A DNA stretch of 63,932 nucleotides, counting the filler, from Octopus bimaculoides (taxonomy: Eukaryota), in the NCBI RefSeq assembly GCF_001194135.2. It is 5 parts of 5 records of this genome, joined end to end, with 100 filler letters (N's around TTAATTAATTAA, not from the genome) between each part and the next. Parts side by side here need not be neighbours in the genome. Positions count along the whole stretch, not along the records: positions 31,663 to 62,770 come from NC_068987.1; positions 62,871 to 63,932 come from NW_026384019.1; 3 more parts are not named here. The stretch is one strand, 5' to 3'. The notes under the pieces were generated by a model. The model worked only from the letters and a program-made list of their open reading frames with translations. It searched no databases and had not been told where the DNA came from. Position numbers and translations under genes: made by a program. Below are positions 53,204-63,932 of this stretch, piece after piece; position 1 is the first letter of the stretch, and each line of letters begins with the position of its first letter.

Positions 53204-53281
53204 AATCGAATCCCTATGAAGATGTTGTGATAAGAACACGAGAACAGCCAGTCATCACGAAAAAAAAGCCATCAAAATTCA
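53204..53281 (+). CDS. Internal coding exon (26 codons) of the same gene
   Basis: Acceptor ttttcctttgtgtctcaaatgtctattccag|A and donor TTCA|gtaagt. 78 bp, phase 1-1, open frame (E)SNPYEDVVIRTREQPVITKKKPSKF. Confidence 0.72.
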
Positions 53282-53487
53282 GTAAGTTTGATTTGACTTT
53301 CTTGTTTCTTTCTCTGTGTGTGTGTGTGTGTAACATATTAACATACTGTCATCATTATCATGACATGCACAGCCACTTTATCCATACTGGCATGGATTGC
53401 ACAATTGTCTTGTGACAGTATCAGTATCCTATGACTAAACACTTCTCCTGATAACTACAAGGATACATGTTTGTATGAAACTGAAAC

Positions 53488-53864
53488 TGGCGCTCCGTTG
53501 CTTACGACGTCGAGGGTTCCAGTTGATCCGATCAATAGAACAGCCTGCTCATGAAATTAACGTGCAAGTGGCTGAGCACTCCACAGACACGTGTACCCTT
53601 AACGTAGTTCTCGGGGGCATTCAGTGTGGCACAGTGTGACAAGGCTGACCCTTTGAATTACAGGCACAACAGAAACAGGAAGTAAGAGTGAGAGAAAGTT
53701 GTGATGAAAGAGTACAGCAGGGTTCGCCACCATCCCCTGCCAGAGCCTCTTGGAGCTTTAGGTGTTTTCGCTCAATAAACACTCACAACGCCCGGTCTGG
53801 GAATCGAAACCGCGATCCTATGACTGCGAGTCCGCTGCCCTAACCACTGGGCCATTGCGCCTTC
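53488..53864 (-). mobile_element. Full-length SINE family B (intronic, antisense)
   Basis: Reverse complement of the 21456 family including the A and B boxes. Confidence 0.9.
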
Positions 53865-54144
53865 ACACCTGTTTGTATAGGCATATATAAACGAACTGTG
53901 TGGTGGGGGAGGTGTTTGTTTGTATGAGTATTACTAAGTTGTTCAAGCAGTCAGTTGGTGATTATATGATTCCTGTTCTTTTGTCATTTATTAATTAATG
54001 TACCTGCCTAACACTTTACTCTAAAGCATAAGTATATTGCGTTCTAACAACTCAATATCAGTATTGCTGTGCTTAAGCAAGATCATTTTATATTTTTCTT
54101 CTAATGCAATTCATATTTCTTTCATCTCTTTCTTTATTTTTCAG

Positions 54145-54188
54145 AGAACCCATTCAAATTTTTCAAAAAATTCTCCAAGCGCAGTTGA
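54145..54188 (+). CDS. Terminal coding exon of the same gene
   Basis: Long pyrimidine tract ttctttcatctctttctttatttttcag|A. Phase 1 joins the previous exon in frame, giving (K)NPFKFFKKFSKRS, with TGA at 54186-54188. Confidence 0.68.
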
Positions 54189-55575
54189 AGCAGTTTTATA
54201 GCTCATAATATGGGCTTATAATGTGGTGACTTTTACCTGTTTCTTTTGCTCACATCTTCAGTAGAGCAATGTGCCTGCTAGATCAAAGACTCCAGTAACA
54301 ATGATTTTATCATGTAAGAACTCAACCTCAGACTCCTCTCTCTGTATTTCTTTGAGTCTCTTCATCTCCTTCTCTCTCTCTCTGTATCTCTCTCTCTCCC
54401 TCTTTTCCTTTCTCATTCCTTTTTTTTTTTTGGCCTCTCTTTATGCTTTGTCTTCCTACACATACAGATTCATATACATACATGCACACACACATACACA
54501 CATAAATACATTTACTCAGACACACCTTCAATCAGTGATGTCTCGATGTCAGACATTTATTTCTTCTCCACTTGAATAATTGTATGTTCTAATCTTTTAT
54601 GTGCAACTTTAGTTGTAGATTGTTATGTAAATAATTGTTTGGAGAAGACAAGTGTCACTATATATACATGCCATTTTTCTTGCTTCCCTTGATGGTGCTG
54701 AGTGCAATTTTTCCCCGCAATGACATTAATCCATTTCCAGCTGTAAGACTGCCAAAAAGGACTGGCAAGCAAGGAAGTCTTTATTTTCTGGAAGTTTCCT
54801 GTTGTTCTTCCTCAATCCAGAGCCCTGAATTGATTGTTAAACCCTTCCATTTGTGCCACGGTCAGGTAATGACCATGGTATATGTTGCTGGCCATAGAGA
54901 ATCCTACAAAGAAGACAGAAATAAAATGTCCAAACCTGTCCAAGTTAGTGTCTGTGAAATGCGAACCCTCACAACTTCATCTGGCATTCAGAAAAAAGAA
55001 ACCTTAAGTAGAAAATACAATGTGAATAAAGTTTATACTTTGCAACCACATATTGGGCTCTCCCATTCTCAACTGTATACACCAACATATCACAACTTTC
55101 TCTATTATCATCTTCATTATCATCATTATTGTCATCATCATTATTGTTATCCTCCTAATCATCTTTTTTTCCCCCTACTAGCGTCATTTGAACAAGTCCT
55201 TAAAAGATCTTGGTACCTGCTGCAGTCTTTTGTCATCTTGACACATGCTGCAAATAAAAAGATTTGCTACATTTTCTTTTGGCATAGTTTTTAAAGCTGG
55301 ACGCCCTTCCTGCCACCATGCACAACTACTGTGTGTATTATGTGTATTTTATCCTGTCACCAATACTAGGGAGGCTGTCTGTAGTATGACTAAAGTGTTC
55401 ATTTTACCTCTAATCAGTTTTCCTTACTGCTCTTTTAAACAGGTTACTTTTGTTGTAACTTGCTGTAGCTTACCAAGTTTGCATCTCTTTTGAAAAACTT
55501 TTGAAATTATTACTGGAATAAATGCCCTCAAATCATCAGTCAGTGATTTACCTTCTGAAATTTGCGCTTTAAAAG

Positions 55576-55606
<31 letters not shown>

Positions 55607-55609
55607 AGT

Positions 55610-55848
55610 GAAATCGTGATGGCACCTGTGCCCAGCGTCGCCTTCCTGGCACTTGTGCCGGTGGCACGTGTAAGACATTTGAGCGAGATTGTTGCCAGTG
55701 CCACTAGACTGGCTCCTGTGCAGGTGGCACGTAAAATACACCATTTTGAGCGTGGCCATTGCCAGTACCGCCTGACTGGCCTTCGTGCCAGTGGCACGTA
55801 AAAGCACCCACTACACTCTCGGAGTGGTTGGCGTTAGGAAGGGCATCC
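55610..55848 (+). mobile_element. Same retroposon, longer 5' part with three ~65-bp units
   Basis: gtgccggtggcacgt, gtgcaggtggcacgtaaaa and gtgccagtggcacgtaaaa units. Runs into a gap. Confidence 0.75.
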
Positions 55849-56081
55849 NNNNNNNNNNNNNNNNNNNNNNNNNNNNNNNNNNNNNNNNNNNNNNNNNNNN
55901 NNNNNNNNNNNNNNNNNNNNNNNNNNNNNNNNNNNNNNNNNNNNNNNNNNNNNNNNNNNNNNNNNNNNNNNNNNNNNNNNNNNNNNNNNNNNNNNNNNNN
56001 NNNNNNNNNNNNNNNNNNNNNNNNNNNNNNNNNNNNNNNNNNNNNNNNNNNNNNNNNNNNNNNNNNNNNNNNNNNNNNNAT

Positions 56082-56122
<41 letters not shown>

Positions 56123-59100
56123 TACCATTGTTTTAATGTCCCCTTTTCCATGCTCACATGGATCATATGTAACTTGTTGAGGCAGTTTCTTCATAGTTGT
56201 ATGCTCTTCTTATTTCCAACCCTCACTTGTTTCCTAGTGAGGTACTATTTCTCCCATACCCAGACATGTTTTCATGAAAGATTGGAAGCAAACAACACTG
56301 TTTAGTATGACAGTGATGCTCACTTGCAAGTACCGAGTGACGTCAAAACAAAAAGACATACACACATACACACACTCTCACCTTCCTGATTACAATGCAC
56401 TTCCAATTCCTTCATGATTGCACCCTACTTTTCCATTTTAGCCCACATCATTTCCTGCAAATCGTCTTCTTTATTCATCAGTGTTAAATGTTCAGCTCTG
56501 AGGAAAAATATGAGGCACAAATACATGTATGTGATATGTATACATATATGTGATGGATTTCTTTCAGTTGCCATCTATCAAATCAGTTCATAAGGCTTTG
56601 GTTGGACCAGGGATGTAATACATGTGCGCACACACACATACACACGCATTAATGACTTGTAGGTGTGTGTGTGTGTGTGTGTGTGTAATGGTGGCAAATG
56701 TTATGCCCTTCAGTGTTCTTGTAAGAGTAGTTATCAGTGGTTAAGGCTTTCTATGTGACTGGACTTGTGATCAGCAAAAGCCACTGTTCTTGAACTGCTG
56801 GGTATTTTAGAGTGAGCTAACTCAGGGTTGTTGCCTTCAAGGGTGATAATTCTGTAGGGCTGAAGCCAATTTTTTAGAGTTGATTAAGTTAACACCATTT
56901 CTGGACTGGTACTTGTTTCATCGACCCTCCCGTCATATGAAGGATGGAAAGCATATAGGCTCTTACCTTGAGCTGGCGAAACAAACTTCAAAAGAGGGAA
57001 CTACTCTGCACTCTGACTGGAAAACTTATTGCACAACATAGTACACTTCCACTACCCATGTAACCTCCTGGCTAAAATCTACAATCTCTCATAACTCACT
57101 GCACATGTCTGATCATACTAGCTGCTCATTGAAGAAAGAGGCAGATCAAAACATCCTCTTTTTTTACATGACTTTAGTTCCTCCCTTGCTTCCAGTTCCT
57201 TGAATTCTTTCAATGCTGATTTACTACCCCACATGGCACCCCTGATCTAAAAATCACTTCAGTATCCTCTCAGTCCATTTCAAAGTCATCTATCCACCTA
57301 AGTGGACATCGCTGTCCAAGGCTGTGGAGATGACCGTTCCATCCAGGATGTGACAATGGCGTTCCGTCAGCAAGCACTTCTGTCACCTTTCCTTTTCTCC
57401 ACTGAGTTGTGCACTTCACATTGAAAGGATTTACTCACACCTCATACCTTATCTGAACTGGTGCAGGTCCTTTCTCTTCCCCAAAATGCTGTGATACTCA
57501 TTTTCCGGTGTCTCTATTTGTACCTGAACTCTGTTCTTTGCAGGACCGACTTCCCATCTGTGGGTGACATGTTGTACCAGAGGACCACCTCTGTGGGGAA
57601 GATTTTCCCCGTCTCAGCTATGGCCTTGACTGTGCAATGGTGTCTTTCCACAAATTCATTTCCACTTGGGCTATATTCAACTCTGAAGAAGCCAAAAACA
57701 AATGATAATTGTTTAAAATTTAAAGTATTACATGACCAAATTTTGACTTGGGATCACAGGTTAACAATCCTTGATCTCACAGCAAATGACTTCAGTTGCT
57801 GAATAACATCTATAGTCACTAGTTCTATAGCTGTTTTGCAATGTTTCACTTTCACAACCAGATTACTCTTATCAATGTCATTAGTATAATTCCATCTTCC
57901 AACATCTTGTGAATTTCATTGTTGGTTATTGCTTTCCTCTGCCAAAACATCGGTACATCTGGCATACTGATTCCCTTGACTTCCAATGATGATTCTCACT
58001 TAGTCCCTTTCTTCAGACCTGCTTGGCTTGGAGAGACCTATTCATCCATCAATCCATCCATCCATCCCTCCTTCTGTCCAGACATCCATCCATCCGTTTC
58101 CAGTATCCATTATTCCTGGGAAGGTCATTGTGGGAAGAGTCTACAGACATCTCCTCCATAGGGTCCTGTCAGAAGTAACCATCATTGCTGCTGGATTCCC
58201 GAGCATGACCAACAGAATCTACGAATATTACCTAACCAAGAGTAAAATCCTTGCTAGTATAGTTTTTAGGTTTATAAGGATATGCAAGCTCAACTAACGA
58301 AGATCGAAGTGAAAATCATTGGTAGGGTAACAACTGTTATTATAGTTAAGCATTTTTAATTTTGTGTATAGGAGACTATATGCTGTGTGGAGTGAAAAAT
58401 CAGACAGTTCTAGCCCTTGAGTAAGGAACCATTCTGAGAAGTAGGGCAAGAATAGGAAATGTTAGACTTTTCATTCTTCACACCAAATGAATTGATCAAA
58501 TTCTGCTATGAATTCTTGATTAATTGCTGCTAATGTAGACAATCAACAGTTTACCTCACATTTTGGATTTTGTCCTATTTTTAAAATGTTTTTACTGAAT
58601 CCATCTGTTCCATGGTCCAGTTTTCCATTCATTTCAAAGAGTTTCATTTCATGTCAACAATTCTTCTGGGTTTTTTTTTTTGTTATTTTATTTTATTGCA
58701 ATGTCTAAGATGAGTTTTTACTCTTTAGCTTGTTTCAGGCAGTGAACTTTGGCCATGCTGGGGCACCACTTTGAAGGGTTTAGACAGTGAATTCCAGCAT
58801 AAGACTCCAGTACTTGTTTTAAAGCCTGATGGTTAAATTATCCCTATTTTACTTTTTTGTTAAACTGTTAGGTTAGAGAGATGTAAAAAAAAAAACTCTA
58901 GTTTTGTATCAGTACTGAAGACAGTCTCAAACAGTTTTGATATCAATGACAGGTAAATCAATAATGTAGAATGTATGGCACTACAATTTAGCCAAACGCC
59001 AATATTCAGATTTTTCCTTTGGAATCATCATATATTTTTTTACATAGTGATCCCATAGAGTTGGGATCTCCAGCATGGTTTTGTGTTAAAAGTTTCACAT

Positions 59101-59465
59101 TGATTTTTCTTTTCCTGGATACCATACTAAACATCCTGCAACTGGATAATCTCTGAGGGGAATTTTTATTTTTATATTTATGTTGTGTTTTATGTGGGGT
59201 TTTTTTGTACATGAAATTCAAATCATTTCTATTTATTACAGTTTTATAAGAACAATAAATAGTACATTTCAACTCAAGTTGCCTTAATGAGTTTCAATAT
59301 ATACATGTGTGTGTGTGTGTGTATTTGTATTTGTGCATGTCTTTTCCTTTTTTTTAATATTTGAAAAAATATTTCAAAACTGTCTTTTACTTCCCTCATA
59401 CAAGTATGCCCAAAGTTCATAAGTAAACAGACTTCACAGGTCAAATTCAACATTCACATATATAC

Positions 59466-59531
<66 letters not shown>

Positions 59532-59541
59532 NNNNNNNNNN

Positions 59542-59895
59542 TGTTTCAGTCATTTGACTGCTGCCATGCTGGAGCACCGCCTTTAGTCGAGAAAATTAAC
59601 CCCAGGACTCATTCTTTGTAAGCTGAGTACTTATTCTATCGGTCTCTATTGCCAAACTGCTAAGTTGTGGGGACGTAAACACACCAGCATCCGTTGTGGG
59701 GAGAAACACATACATATATATTTATATATATACAACAGGCTTCTTTCAGTTTCCATCTACCAAATCCACTCACAGGGCTTTGGTCGACCTGAGGTTATAG
59801 TGGAAAGCACTCACCCAAGGTGCCACGCAGTGAGACTGAACCTGGACCCATGTGGTTGGTGAGAAAGCTACTTACCACACAGCCACTCCTATGCA
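59542..59895 (-). mobile_element. SINE family C (tail type 1)
   Basis: Reverse complement of the 43700 family. Other copies at ~20190-20585(-), 29641-29930(-), 60445-60635(-), 14330-14520(+), 19020-19160(+). Confidence 0.85.
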
Positions 59896-61064
59896 TACAT
59901 GTAGCAAATGTTATAGACATGGCTCATATATAATTGAAAAGAGGAAGGAAAGAGAGGTTGAGTACTACACTGTATTAAAACCATACTTCACTATGAGATC
60001 CAACTTTAAACCAACCTTATGTTTGCTTTTCTCTGTCACTGTCTGTCTGTCTATCCCTGTCTGTATCTCTCTCTCTCTTTCTCTTGTTGTGTCACTCAGT
60101 ACCCATTGAATTTCAAATTACATTTTTGAACCCCCCCCCCCCCCNNNNNNNNNNNNNNNNNNNNNNNNNNNNNNNNNNNNNNNNNNNNNNNNNNNNNNNN
60201 NNNNNNNNNNNNNNNNNNNNNNNNNNNNNNNNNNNNNNNNNNNNNNNNNNNNNNNNNNNNNNNNNNNNNNNNNNNNNNNNNNNNNNNNNNNNNNNNNNNN
60301 NNNNNNNNNNNNNNNNNNNNNNNNNNNNNNNNNNNNNNNNNNNNNNNNNNNNNNNNNNNNNNNNNNNNNNNNNNNNNNNNNNAGGAAGCTTTAAAATGAA
60401 AACAAAACAAATTAGTGGGAGAGGAAAAGTCATTTTACCTAATGGAAAACACACACACACAGACTACAAGCTTCTTTCAGTCTCTGTCTGCCAAATCCAC
60501 TCACAAGGCTTTGGTTTTTTGGTCAGCTCTGGGCTACAATAAAAGACACTTTCCTTAGTTGTCTTGCACTGGGACTGAACCTGAAACCACATGATTGGAA
60601 AGCAAACTTCTTATCTACACAGCCATGCCTGCACCTTTTGTATACTAAAATTCATGAACACTATCATCTTATATAGGACAATTGTTACAATTATTTATTA
60701 TGTTTGTATCAATCTTTGGTTTTTGTGTATCACAATTTAGCAATCTGAAGATATTTTTCATCAGAATCTGGGTGCACGTGCAATGTATTCTAGCACGGAT
60801 ATAATACATACATAAAAACCACAGCTGTTATTTTTTAAATTATTTATAATTTATGAATGACATCTTCTCATGTGTGATTGTTTTATAACTATTTATGTTT
60901 ATACCAATCCTCAGTTTTGTTCATAGTTATTTGTAAACTCAAACCAGAGCACTTTTCTCTCAAGTATTGACTTGTACTTTACAGCACTGCTGGAGCTAGA
61001 CCATTGCTTGATACTCTTTTATCATCTCTGAATGTGAAGATTTAGATATATTGTTGTTGTTTGC

Positions 61065-61322
61065 TCTTTCCCGGTTTCATTGGCATATGGGTTCCCCATC
61101 TGAACTGGACGCCAGTCCATCGAAGCTGCTAGATGCAGGAGGAAAGTGTAAGAGGAAGTTATGGTGAAAGAGTCAGCAGAGGTTTGCCATTACCTTCTGC
61201 CGGAGCTGTGAGAAGCTTAGGTGTTTCGCTCATAAACACACACATCACCCAGTATGAGATTTGAACCCACGATCCCTCGACCATGAGTCTGCTGCTCTAA
61301 CCACTAGGCCATGTGCTTCCAC
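61065..61322 (-). mobile_element. SINE related to family B with a different 3' part
   Basis: Head ggaagcacatggcctagtggttagagcagc and shared body. Diverges 3' into gatggactggcgtcc. Confidence 0.65.
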
Positions 61323-62770
61323 GAAGATTTAGATATAGTTGTTCTTTATTCCTAGATCAGCCCTGATTAAGTAAACCTATGATCAAAGCATTCCAGACAT
61401 GGCCATATCATCCCGTTTCTACTATAATCTAGACTCCATTACCTAAAGTAATATTTCTGTATTTCATGATAGTAGAGTGTAATTTGAGTGAGATTTGACT
61501 ACTATTTCTAACAGATTGAGTAACTGCAGAGAGGCTTGTTCATTGGCCAACTGAAGGTTCCAATTATAAAATAATCTCTTGTTTTGACAAGCTTTTTGTA
61601 TATTTAAATAATTGTTTCTAATTCAGGCCCAAGGCCAGCAGTCTTGGGAAGAAGAGGTATAATGGATACAATTGATTAAATTTCACCAGTACTTTACTGA
61701 TACTTTATTTATTGACTCTAGAGGGGTGAAATGTGAAGTTGATCTTGATGTGACATGGACTCAGAATATAAAGAGCTAGAAGAAATACCACGAGGCATTT
61801 CCCCCCACCCACTCCTAGTGCCCTAAGGCTTTTGCCAGCTCATTACCTTGTCTGTTATTGTCATCATTTAATGTTTGCTTTTCCTCACTTGCATGGGTCA
61901 GACAGAACTTGTTGAGACACATTTTCTACAGCTGAATGTCCTTGCTGTCACCAACCTCCCGCCTGTTTCCAAACAAGGTAACATTTCTCCATGACCAGAC
62001 ATGGAAACAAACAACACCGCTTGGATGACAGTGCTGCTTGGTTACAACAATCATGCAATATCAAGACAAGAGTACCCATACACACACACACACACATACA
62101 CACGCAAACATAAACACACGCATATGGTGACTTTCTGAGACACATTTGTTCTTTTTCTTTCTCTCCATTTGTCTTTTCTCTCCTCGTTTATTCTTTCCGT
62201 AGAAGAGCAAATGCCCAAAGTATGAAAGCTGTTTCCTGTACGTAAACCTAATACAGTCTGTCTTTTTACCTTGTCTTCATGTTATTTATAATTTTTGCAC
62301 TATATTTACGATAGGCTTCTTCCAGTCTTCATCTAGCAAATTCGTTCACAAGGTTTTGGTTATTCACTAAGGCTATAGCAGAAGGCAAGAAAAATGAGGG
62401 ATAAAAGATTGAGTTACATGGATAGATAATATGAAGAATTGAACAGACTTAAAATACAGTGAAAATATAAGGACAACACAAGAAAGACTGAGATGGCAAT
62501 ATCGAGTATTCAACTGGCTGAGGGTGGATGATATCTGATGATGGCGCTGAATTCTACCATCAGCTGATTTATTTCTGTTTTGAAAGAGAGAATTTCTTGA
62601 AAATATTATGAACTTTTCATCAACACCAGAGATATTTTGAATAAAGTTTTCAGTGAAAACATATCAAGGTTTCTTCCACTGCTTTTTTTCTCTTTTTTAT
62701 GTTTTTTATTACTCTACACTATTTTCCTGCAATTTTCAAAAATTGTTGAAATGTCACACACACACACACC

Positions 62771-62870
62771 NNNNNNNNNNNNNNNNNNNNNNNNNNNNNN
62801 NNNNNNNNNNNNNNTTAATTAATTAANNNNNNNNNNNNNNNNNNNNNNNNNNNNNNNNNNNNNNNNNNNN
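62771..62870. other. Artificial scaffold join
   Basis: N44-TTAATTAATTAA-N44. Confidence 0.95.
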
Positions 62871-62954
62871 GAAAAAGATTGTCAAAAGTAAAATGTAAAG
62901 CTTTGTTGTGTTAAGTACTGATTATCACAAAAGTATTAAAATACAGTTATACAT

Positions 62955-63262
62955 GAAGATGAAAGATGAAAGTTGACCACAGTTGCATTTGAACTCCGAA
63001 CATAAAGACAGACGAAATGCCACAAAGCATTTTGTCCAGTGTGCTAACCATTTTGCCAGCTCACCTTCAATGGCCAGGAATTTCAGAAGAGAATTATAGT
63101 AAATCAAATTAACCCCAGCATTCAACTGGTACTTATTTTCTCAAACTTGAAAGGATGCGAGGCTAAGTCAACCGCTGCAGCATTTGAACTCAGAACGAGA
63201 AGACGGATGAAATGCTGTGAAGCAGTTTGCCCGGTGTGCTAACAATTCTGCCAACACACCCC
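62955..63262 (-). mobile_element. Two tandem SINE family A copies
   Basis: Repeated catttgaactc...gacgaaatg...gtgctaac...tgccagctc motif. Confidence 0.75.
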
Positions 63263-63280
63263 GTTAGATAATAATAATAA

Positions 63281-63890
63281 GATAGTATCGATCACATTTT
63301 GAATGAGTGCAGTATACTAGCACAAAAGGAGTATAAGCGCAGACATGACTGTAAGCAAAAGAGTACATTGGGATGTTAGTCAACTCTGTGACTTCAAAAC
63401 AACAAAAAAGTGGTATGAATACGAACCAGAGGCTGCGATATAAAATGAGAATTACAGGATCTTCAGGGACTTCTACATGAAGATTGACCATACTGCTGAA
63501 GCAAGAATCCCAGATACGATCACAGAGGACAAAATAAACAAAGTGTAAGGTCATAGATTTTTGCAATTCCCTATGATAATAGAGATGATAGCAAAGAAAT
63601 GGGAAACAAAAATTAGAAATATCAAGATTTAGCCAGAGAGCTGAGGAGAATGTAGAAGACTAAGACAAGAATTATTCTTGTAGTAATTGTTACGCTTGGC
63701 ACAAAACCCAGAAATACTACGTAACAGACTGAAAGAGATTGCAATTGAAATTTGCATTGTCAAGCTGCAGAAAAGTACATTTCATATTCTGCAGAAATCT
63801 TAAGAAAGATTCTTGAGATTTGAGATTTGTTGCTGCCAAACTTCAAGATAAAATATCTGCTAAGTAAATTAGCATGCACTAGTGAAATAA
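63281..63890 (+). mobile_element. 5'-truncated R4/Dong-like non-LTR retrotransposon (restriction-like endonuclease C-terminus)
   Basis: Frameshifted HILNECSILAQKEYKRRHD...RIPD...DFAIPYD...KYQDLAREL...LRKILEI* (TGA 63821). Preceded by (ATA)n and followed by a (TAA)n/(TGA)n tail. Confidence 0.8.
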
Positions 63891-63932
63891 TAATAATAAT
63901 AATAATAATAATGATGATGATGATGATGATGA

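Noticed and set aside
1-63932. CRISPR arrays, rRNA, prokaryotic operons
   Set aside because: No repeat-spacer arrays, rRNA-like sequence or dense ORFs. The window is eukaryotic, largely intronic or intergenic DNA.

Overview
AT-rich eukaryotic genomic DNA dense in microsatellites. The repeat families look cephalopod, most likely an Octopus assembly; this is inferred from repeat content and was not verified. The window has many N gaps and four artificial 100-bp scaffold joins (N44-TTAATTAATTAA-N44) that split it into five independently assembled pieces. Most sequence is repeat-derived: three tRNA-type SINE families, RTE and CR1/L2 LINE remnants, a 5'-truncated R4/Dong-like element, Tc1/mariner and hAT (Buster-type) DNA transposon relics, and Helentron-type (HINE-like) elements. 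Nearly all listed six-frame ORFs are microsatellite or gap artefacts. A real-looking + strand gene can be read from splice signals. Exons 46226-46486 and 53204-53281 are both phase 1-1, and 54145-54188 is terminal. They encode a Ser/Thr/Pro-rich segment with Tyr motifs (YENI, YPSL, YEDV) and a Lys/Phe-rich C-terminus. Weaker candidate exons lie at 3456-3511, 5943-6021/6061, 10837-10875 and 23731. The most unusual signals are several minimal type I hammerhead-ribozyme motifs of different sequence (18.0, 22.1, 31.4 and a remnant at 12.8 kb), this uncharacterised gene, a possible 47-aa hydrophobic micropeptide, and modular 3'-tail exchange among SINEs. All alignments and foldings were done by eye; repeat boundaries are approximate.
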